In this document: positions 54,147 through 64,000 of the stretch, piece by piece | Numbering within the stretch: the first letter of the stretch is position 1 | Layout: each line of letters starts with the position of its first letter | From: Antedon mediterranea | Taxonomy: Eukaryota; Animalia; Echinodermata | Direction: 5' to 3' | Assembly (NCBI RefSeq): GCF_964355755.1 | Contig: NC_092680.1 | Coordinates: 8,184,001-8,248,000, forward strand | DNA length: 64,000 nt | Translations under genes and position numbers: made by a program | Notes under the pieces: generated by a model | What the model was told of the DNA's origin: nothing | What the model saw: the letters and a program-made list of their open reading frames with translations, nothing else | Database searches by the model: none

Positions 54147-56500
54147 ATTTTTTTGGACTCTGCTTATATTGTCTTCCTTTTAGTGAATTATTTTGGAGTT
54201 TTCTACGTTTAATTGTTTAAATTATACAAAGTCTGTGAGTACAGTATTTTAGTACCATGTTTTAAATTGTATAATACAAGTAAAAATAAACAACTTTGTT
54301 TTAAAATTAAAAGAAAAAGATTGGACAAGTAATGGTTAATGATTTAGCTGAAAACTTCGTTTTGAAATAATTGAAACAGTGTTTGTGTAGAATTTGAATA
54401 ATACAGCACCCTGTTATTGTTTTATTGAAATGTTATTTAACCTTGTAAATTGGATTATCTAAGTTATTTAAATAAATATTTGAATAATTCATATATAAAT
54501 GTATATTAAACAATTTTAATTGGTAGATCCAACAAAATATATAATTGTTCAGTAATCTTTGTAATTACAAAATTGACAGTTATGTTTTATTTTTATTATA
54601 TTTTTGTTGTTCCTGATATGAGGTGTATTTATTGATCAGTAGCTGTTGCAAAATAGTTTTTGAAATTATTATTATTATTAAATCAACCTTAATTTTTTTT
54701 AATATTTTAAATGAACAACTATTTTAAATAATTAAGATTTTTTTAACCTGTGCAATTAGAGTAATTACTATTTTAGGTGACCCAAATAATTATTGTTAGC
54801 CTGCTGTATTTAAATGATAATTTTATAAAACAAATGAATTAAAATTTGTTCTGTGCTTCATTCACAAATCAAACAAAAACTTTTCATATTTTAAAATATA
54901 TAATAATACACCTACTGTAAATATTAAAAATATGGTACTTGGAATTTGATAATCACCAACCAATCAAATGGCCAGGTTACACTTAGGTGTGTTATACTAG
55001 TGTTTTAACCAATAGTATGCTTTCTATTCTGCATTGTTAAGGTGATTGTTTTTTAAGTATACTACTATTATTGAGCTCTAACAAGATTACCAATGCTATT
55101 TGCTTGTGATTGTTTTTTTCAATCGAAGATGTAATATAATATCTATTATTATGCTCTTAGATATATTACCAAGATTATATTTCAAGTTTGATATGATGAT
55201 TTTACTCTAAAACAAAATATTATTGTGAATGTACAGTATTTTGTATCCAGTCCGACCAAAAATTGTAAAAGATATCAGTTTCAATATTGAACAAAATTGG
55301 TTTTAATGATTATTATCAATCAACAATATGTAAAAATCTTTCAAAATAATTAATTTTGTTTGTGTGCTTTTGTTTTTATCAGTCATTCATTCGCTTAAGT
55401 AAAGTTAAATTAGTTTCATAATAATGCCATCCTTTAGGTATAAACGTTTTTATTGCCTAACCGTGGCTGTTTTAGATGTTTATTCGACAAGAGTTTCTCA
55501 TTCTCTACAAGTTTTTTACTACATAACGGTATAAAAACATTTAAACTTTGAGATTACGTTGTTTATTGTATGATTAATGATAAACTATATGAATCTGTAA
55601 TGTAATTTTGTCTTTTGTCTGCTATTATTGTGGTCAATAAATTGTAGTATGGTCAGTGAAATTGTGGTGAATGTGTTTAATTGAATATATATTTTCATTT
55701 GTTTATAATAGCAGAATAGTCATCCTTGCAACCATTCACATAATTTATGCCATTCGTCAACATTATTCTTGTGCGTTTTGCCATCCTGCCATGCAATCGA
55801 CTCAAAATTGCTTTTTCATAGGTAAAGCAATTACTTGTATGGTGGGTCTATTTTTCCCATGTAGTACTATTTTGGTACAACACCCCTAATTAAAAAAATT
55901 CAATCTTGAATAGGCTATTTTGTAGCTTTAATAAAGTTATTAACTTTTACACAAAAATTGAAGTAAAATAGTGATAATTATTATTTCAGTAACAAAAATC
56001 AAAATCATCATTTGAGTAAATAGTTTTTTAGTAAAAGTAAATAAATATTATGACATTAAAAATAAAATGATTGGCCTATTATTAAATTTGATTTTTGATC
56101 TGCTTTCTTTACAAAAAAAACATCCGAAATGCGCGCGTGCATACAGCGTGATCAAGCGTATAGGAAGTGCGTATCGGAAATGCGTACTGCTTATTTCATC
56201 TTTGCATGTGTTGCATGTTGTGTAAACTTCGTGTGGCAGCTATAGTATCTTTGGTGTAAACACACAAAGTGGCCGTAGAGAGCGTGTGTAAAGTTTTGTG
56301 TTATGATCGTGTTTTTATTTCACAGGTACAGTAGTAGGGTAGGTAGACAGGCCTGGTTACCGGTGTGTAGTGTGAAGTATTTTGAACCGAGGAAGGCCTA
56401 GCCTATAAGCTAGGAAAGAATTAAAGTCAGCGCAAAGACTTTTTTGGCAATATGTAGGCGAAATAGAAAATATTTAATAAAAAAAGTTAATTAAATAAGA

Positions 56501-58489
56501 ATGGCATCCGTGCATGCAGAAGAATGTGATACCTGTGAAGAAGTAGCATTGGATGTTTTCGGTGAGTTTATAATATTAATAATACTGTATTATTACCATA
56601 CCAAACTAGGGCCTAGGCCTAGGCCTAATGCCATCTTTATTTTTGAGTCGGACCATTACACTAAAGATCGTTTCGGTCGCCAACAGTTTCACTGCACTGC
56701 TGCACTGCTATCCTGGTTAATTTTTTCCTTTATATCGGTCGCGGTTTATGGAACGCCAATGATGCCAAACTCAAGCTGTCATAATATTATTTATTCAATT
56801 TTTTTTTTGCATCTGCACATCCTTGACCTTGTGGTTTGCCTCATTTTTTCTTCAGTTTTATTATATTGTTTATTATTTACAGATCTCATTAAAGACATAA
56901 GGGACCCAGAGAAAGTAGAAACATTAGAAGAACTAAATGTTGTCAGTGAAGATTGTGTAACAGTGAAGAAGTTGTATGGTAAAGAGGGCTACCTAGTTAC
57001 TATCAACTTCACACCAACAGTTCCACACTGTTCGTTAGCAACCCTTATAGGTATAATTACTGATTACCCAACTACACTATCAAACTATGCGACAAAAATA
57101 TGTGATGTGCCCATGGACATGTTGAAGGCATATCACAACCATATTTGGGAATATCACCACCATATTTGGGCACTTCACACTTTTTTTGTCAACGAGTTTG
57201 ATAGTATAGAAAGAACTTTAAATGGTTTTCTGTAGCAAATATATAGCGCAACCAAAAATGTGTTCAACGCTACTATGTTGATAAACTATAGTATAGATAT
57301 CTGTATCAAATTAATTATGTATCTAAGCTTGATTTTTTTAAACTTAAACTGCAGTTGAAGATATAGAAATAGATATTAAAAACAAATATTTAGTGATCTT
57401 TTGAAATTTTAGTTTGTTTTTATTGAAAATTATTCAGTTTTAAAATGACTACTTCAATAAGCCTATTCTCTTGGAGTCACTCAGGCAGGTTGAACGCATT
57501 TTTGGTTGCACTAGCAACCACTCAGCGCCACCTACCGTCGCGACGCATCGTGACGTCAGCACCGCAGAACTCTATACGGTAGGCTACTGATTTTCATTTT
57601 TATCTTCCATACCACTACCACTACCACAGGTTTTCAAATAAAATATTTGTTTTTATAGGTTTGTGTCTTCGAGTAAAGTTACAAAGATCACTCCCATATC
57701 GACACAAGGTAATTTCAAGATAAGATCTTTTAAATATACTCTACTGAAAAATTGCAGAAAAAAAAACATATGTAAAAAAAGTTGTGATACTGTTTATGAA
57801 GTGTAATTATAAATATGTTAAGTATTAATATTATTCTCTCCACCCCCCCATCCTTGTCTGATCTTGTAGATTAGATATTTCCAAATAAACAATTTTAAAT
57901 ATTTCTTTTCAGGTTGACATTTTTATTTCTGAAGGAACACATGTTACAGAAGAAGATAGTAAGAAATGTTTGATTATAGTAATATAAGCAAAACATTTTT
58001 AATGAAAATATGGAAATGTTATTGTAGCGCTGCCATCTCTAAGAGAAAAAAGCTGATACACTGATATCGTAAAGTCCCTGCTAATATTGAAACATTACTT
58101 GCGCTTACTAAGTACGTTCGAATGAAATAATAAACACATTTAAAACATTTTACATACGCATCCAACAGCGAGTAACTCACCAATTGCAGGTTGGATAAAT
58201 TATTTAATAATATCGTGCTTATAAACTAAGTCTCATTTGAGGATTAGGGAGTGGAGTTGAAAGAGTCGTGAGTTACAACCCTGGCAATAGGTCATAATTG
58301 AACCCGGGCCTTGGGATTGAAAAGAACAAAATGGCAAAAATAGGACTATTCTATTTCAGTGTCACTAATAAACCATTTTTATTTTTTTCAGTCAACAAGC
58401 AAATAAATGACAAAGAAAGAATAGCAGCAGCAATGGAGAATCCAAACCTGAGAGAACTTGTTGATAGTTGTCTGAAGGAACGTGATTGA
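56501..58489 (+). CDS. CIAO2A: Cytosolic iron-sulfur assembly component 2A (FAM96A/MIP18 family), 140 aa, 5 exons
   Basis: Exons 56501-56561, 56883-57050, 57659-57708, 57913-57958, 58392-58489. Motifs: [90 protein letters not shown] and KQINDKER favour 2A over 2B. Confidence 0.93.
57072..57217 (-). mobile_element. MITE of the TCTACACTATCAAACT family in CIAO2A intron 2
   Basis: CTACACTATCAAACT ... AGTTTGATAGTATAGA, internally similar to the copies at 6487 and 26788. Confidence 0.7.
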
Positions 58490-59203
58490 ATCGGCAGCAT
58501 CAGGTTCCATTTACAAATAAAACATTCTACTACCTCTTAAATGTAACGGTGCTATACTATAACTACCAACAGAAAAAGTGACGCAATGGTAGACTATAAA
58601 TTCATATTAAACTGTATGAACTCCTTGAAATAATATGGCCTATGCCAGTTTATCCAATTAAGTGAACGTGTACTAAGTATGCTTATGTCAACCTAGAACT
58701 TGCATTCACATTTTTGGTAAAATGAAAAACATTTGAGAGAGTCCCTTTTTCTTTTTCCCTTCACCTTTTATCACCAGGTTTTCTAAACTTATATTTTATA
58801 TTAAATAGTTTAATGAAATGTAAAGCACAAGTTATATCTAAGAGCACAGAGTATATCAGAGGTATCGTATCATTTACTACTGTACATAAACATAGTAAAT
58901 TATATAGCACAAATATTATGCAATAACATTGAATCATTACGGTAAAATGGTGCCTCCTTTATAAGGGTGTGTCAAAGGAGAAGTTTTACTGTAGTTTAAC
59001 ATTATCAAACTTGCACAAATGACTCATAGTTCAAATTGGTATTGTCTTTCAAAAAATATATTTTAAAAAAAAAGACCAACTCATTTTGATTGGAGGCTGG
59101 GAAGAGTGACTCTTCCCTGATTTAAGGGTATCCCAAGCCCAGGGTTTCCTAAACCCAGTAAAGGTCTCTTAAAGCCAGTAAAGGTAGTTTAAGGAAGTAC
59201 TTA

Positions 59204-59486
59204 GGCTGTGTTCGGACGTAAAATCAGTTACATGTGTAACGTTACATGTGTAATCAGTGATCGTTCGGATTATGAACAATTTACAGGTGTAAAGGTCATA
59301 TTTCATGCATCTCTTTAAACTATTATGGTCAAATTACTCGTTATCTTGCAGTTAATCAGCTTGCGGTTTAAGGTGTAACTGAAAAATCCACCTCATGAGG
59401 TGGATTTTTGAAACAGCAAGTTTATCTCAAAATTTACACCACACGCGACCATTACACATGTAAATGTGTTCTGTCCGAACGGGCTC
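59204..59486. mobile_element. PIF/Harbinger-like MITE
   Basis: TTA|GGCTGTGTTCGGAC ... GTCCGAACGGGCTC|TTA; internal TTACATGTGTAA repeats and perfect palindrome AAAATCCACCTCATGAGGTGGATTTT. Confidence 0.7.
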
Positions 59487-62400
59487 TTATACTAGAGTCG
59501 AGTTTATTTAGTCATGAATGAGACAATTCAATTCAATTCAAGGTTTTTATTCAATTCAATCAAACGAAAAATTACATTGTAGCCAAAGACTAAATTGTGT
59601 ACAATTTTACAAAATATTGGACATATAAAAAAGTTATCACATAAAAAGAACATCTTATATTAAAATGTAATTGGATAAAGTACATAATATAAAAATGAGA
59701 AAAACATTGAAAAATCAAAGAAATTTTTACGAATCTTGGCCTAATAAAATATCTGTATTATTAGACAGTACATATTGATTATTATCAAAGAATACGTTAT
59801 TGTATAGTAGTAAAATTTGCTTTGATACTAAATGGCTAGGTAGTTACAGTTTATTTAATTTTTTGTTAAATGTATTTTTATCTGTATAAATGGTAAATAA
59901 AATATAATGATGATGCAATATAATATTACTGGTATGCCATTTACATGCCAGAAATTGTAAATACGTCAGTACATGAGTATTGTGAATGAGGTCAACCAGA
60001 ATTCATCTAAAGCTTTGTTTCCACTAGTAGGACATTACATCTTTAAATCAAGATAGAAAAAAAAATTATTAAATGATTATTGATCAACAAAATTGTAATT
60101 CAAAAGACTTGATTAAATAATATACATTTCTCTTCTGGTTGGTTACTCTGGCAGCCTGAACCACAATCTCTGGTATTTTTGGATTTTCCCCAAAATATAT
60201 GTAATTTTAAACATGTTGTTGTTTGTGTGTAATGTATATACATTGACTTGGATGTATATTTGGTATGCTGCTAAGATAGAAAAATCATACGGAGACAAAA
60301 TAATATAAATATGAAATAGACCCTTGAACTTGTTTAATACATATTCTTTTTTTAAATAGCAGACAAATCATTATATCTGTTAAAACGAATTGTAAAATAC
60401 AATTACGATATTAATTCATTGGTCCTGTTAGCAAAAATAATTTTAAGTGCGCCATCAAAGATTTTCAAGATTAGGCATTTCCCAAATATGGTTTGATGAC
60501 GCATGTTCCAACTAAAGCAATGACGTAAATCGGTTGCCAGCGCTACTAAAATATCTTGAATATGTATTGAAGAAACAAAATGGCAACTTCTCTAAACTAA
60601 CCAGTTATATATCAAATTATGTTTTATGTAAAATCGCTTAATTTCGAGATGCGATATTTGTAAAATAAACGATGTAAACATGCTACTATAATTTCGGGAA
60701 ACCACCTCCTCAAAATAGGACATCGATTGCTCTGAAATTTGCATATATTATAGGGCAAAATAGGAAAATAAGTCCGTTAACAAATTCTTCAAAACACATA
60801 CATTTGAATGAAACAGTTCAAGTATGATTAAGTATAATTCTAGAATTAATTGTTTAGTTTGAAAAAATACCTATTATTTAAAATGTTTAAATAAAATATA
60901 CTTGTGAGGCTTCTGTTGGAAAAACCAATCCGCGGACGAACACTAACATGATTGGGAAGTTAACAGGCATTTTCATCAGTGGTGGTATTCCGAAAGGTCT
61001 GAGTTGTTTTTGACTAAAAATAGCACAAACTGTCTACGACAACATTCAACGTAGTTTGTCTACAACTTTGCTTGGTGAGTAAAAATAGATACTTGGAGTA
61101 GTGTTCTACGTTTGTATTGTGAGCAATGTGTCATTTTGTTTGGAAGGAAACACATTTTATCGTTGAATATTAGCGCTAAGTGTATAGCGTAGCTCCAAAA
61201 TACTACAGCCTACAGGCCTAGAATACATGATGATGGGTCTGTGATAGGCTAGCCTGGCCTTGCATCCTTCCTTATTTATTTTTCACGGTAGCAATACGCA
61301 GTAGGATAATGTAGCTAAAGCCTATGTATATTTGTATAAAACTAAATGCATTTGACTTTATAAGACTTTATGAATAGTGCGCCTCTATTTTTAATGTTTA
61401 AAAAAATGCAGAACTTAGTGATTGTAATGTACGACGTAGAGAGTTAGCTGAGGGTGGGTGGTAGGCTACATTTTATAACTCACTGGTTGGTTCATGTACA
61501 CCGTTTTATTGTTATTATGTAGTTACTGGATTTATTGATTAATAATTTTAACGTTTTCATCATGATGGATTATAAATAAATGATGATAATAATATGCATG
61601 GTTTAATAGTGGGCTGTACAACTACAATTGTATTGTAATCTTGATTGATGTGTTGTTTAAAATTGTAATGAAAATACATTATTAGAGGTTGCTGGGTGAT
61701 TGGCAACATAACAGGTAAAATGAATCTAAATTTACTGATTTACTAATTTTTCTATTTATACATTTCAGGTGTAGCATTAAAAAAAATTGTTACTTTTAAT
61801 TATTTTGAACAAATGTATGTCTAACTGTACATTCTAGCCAAATATTATGATATGAATATCGCGGCTATAAAATTATATAGTATAAAACCGTCCTTAAACG
61901 AAACTGATTCTGGAATACCTACTGTACCCTACAGTACTATGCTAACAGGATGTGCAATGTGGTATACTGTATTGTATGTAAAGGAAGTGTGTTCGCCCAA
62001 TATGCTTTCTTAAAATATTGTCAGTCACTAGTTACATAATTTTGTAGTTAGTTCCTTAATCAATTTGGGATTCATGTTACAGGATCTAAACAACAAAAAC
62101 GTAGCAAAACATTAAACTTTAAAGTTTAGGTTGTAATGGAGTCTTAAAACAGCTACGATAGCAAAAGCCTTTCTACACAAGTTACTACAGTGCTATGATA
62201 GGATTTTAAATTAAAGTGTATTTTATAGTAGCCTATCATTATGTCAATAAAACATAAAAAACAATATAAAAACATAGCCATCGAAATGGCAACCAATTAG
62301 TTGAATCGGGCCACTCATTTACATTCGTTAAACAATTTTGTCCAACGACTTGGCAAAGATTGCTAAACCAAATGCAATGTATGCGAATAGTACTTCTTTA

Positions 62401-64000
62401 TGATGTAATAAGTCTTAGGTCCTACAGTATGCCATCAGAAAAGTGAAAGATTAATAATGTTGACACTGTGCTATTTTTTAACTACAGAACTACACTAAGT
62501 TATTCCAAATCTTGGAATCAAAATTGTGACTGTACTGTAATAAGCAGATTAGTTTGAACTTGAATAGTTTATGTTGATACAGTATTTCCGGTGTTTTACA
62601 TACAAATTATTAATTACAGTACATCTCTTCTGGTTTAGCTAACCCATATTTTTTGTGTTCTTTGATTTAGCCGTTATCACAGATTTACGACTAGTAATGT
62701 TTAGACTATCTATATACTAGCACTTAAATTCAATTTTTTGTAATTCTGTTATTAATATGGTAATAAATTGTAAACTGAACATCATCATGATTGTAACCTA
62801 CTATTAAATTGACTCAGTACAAATGAGGAATACTGTACATTGTGAACAGTACACATACACAGTAGTGGACATGTAAACAAACAAATATGTTTACTAAACA
62901 TTAATTCATAAATAAATTTAAGCAATTTTTATAGTAGTTACCAACAACACTATCTTTAGTGTTCTGATTACTATGTATTGCTAATAATATTTTGTAGAAA
63001 AAAACTCCCATTTTAAAATATTTACATGGCTAGCTGGTATGATGTACCATAGTATTAGTACTGATACTCCCATGCCTCAAATAGGCTTCAGAAAGAAAAG
63101 TTTGTATAAATCTAACAGTAGTCGGTAGTATAGGCCTAATAGTACCTGTATTGTAGTATACCATATTGTACTTCATCAGTGCAACCACTGAGGAGATATG
63201 GATACAAACTGATAATGCATACAGTACTGTACATGAACCTTGCACTTTACAGTACAATACATTGATTACAATTTGTGGATATGATTGTGTAGATTTGCTT
63301 ACACTGATGAACCAACACCTAAAGTAATAGTTGTTAGGCCTTGTTGATTAATGATAGGATACAGTACTTCCAAACTAAAACATATCCTGATATTATGTTG
63401 TACATAATTAAATTTACACCTTGGGTGGTAATTTAATATTTAACATACTATCATTTTATTATGTTACTTGGATGTGGAAAGCCTTTCCATAATGTTCATT
63501 AGATTAGAGACATATAAAAGCCACAACTTCTAATGACCTGTTTTGGTAGGCAGTATTATATGTAATGATGTGTGAAGGTTACATTACACTCAAATGAATG
63601 TTTGGTTGATAAAACATATAAACATAATATGTTTAGTTTTGTAAAAATAACATTGGTTATGTGATGGAGGTCACACATACAGTATTACACATAACATGCT
63701 AACAATAGATATCAACACAAACAGACAGGGTATACAGGAGAAATGTATTTGTTTGGGATATGGGTCTACACACGAAATAGGTGATAATTTACGTACGTAA
63801 TTTATGTACGTTGATGTTTACTATAAATAATTAATACTATAGAAAATGATCTAGAGTTATTACAATTACGGTTAGAAACACACATTGCTAAATGTATTTG
63901 ATACAGTACAGTATTTCTAAATTGATTTTACCCATATTTTTAACCAATAAATGATCTGTGATGATTGTGAAAGCAATTATTAAATCATTAAAAAAACCAT

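Noticed and set aside
56501-57235. 244-aa ORF as a single-exon protein
   Set aside because: It is CIAO2A exons 1-2 read through intron 1 and into a MITE in intron 2. The conserved C-terminus lies in three later exons.

Overview
AT-rich, intron-containing eukaryotic DNA from an invertebrate animal. A Deu/Nin-type SINE core and the transposon types suggest a deuterostome such as an echinoderm, but that is inference. Three protein genes can be assembled by hand. (1) The 5' part of a minus-strand secreted MAM-domain gene (signal-peptide exon 4131-4026, MAM exon 2838-2686). (2) A complete plus-strand protein 4.1/coracle (EPB41-family) gene: 16 coding exons, 12590-52551, about 724 aa, with FERM, FA, a variable middle region and the 4.1 C-terminal domain. 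(3) A complete CIAO2A/FAM96A gene: 5 exons, 56501-58489, 140 aa. Introns and the divergent promoter region are packed with non-autonomous DNA transposons (Harbinger-, Kolobok-, Ginger- and Sola2-like), SINEs and LINE tails, several of them nested. Most ORFs in the supplied track are spurious. I see no clear novel multi-gene system. The best leads are a three-level nested TE, an unclassified TIR element with a 5-bp TSD, a stop-free in-frame CIAO2A intron, a decoy duplicate of a FERM exon, and a MITE carrying about 20 C/EBP-type palindromes between two divergent genes.
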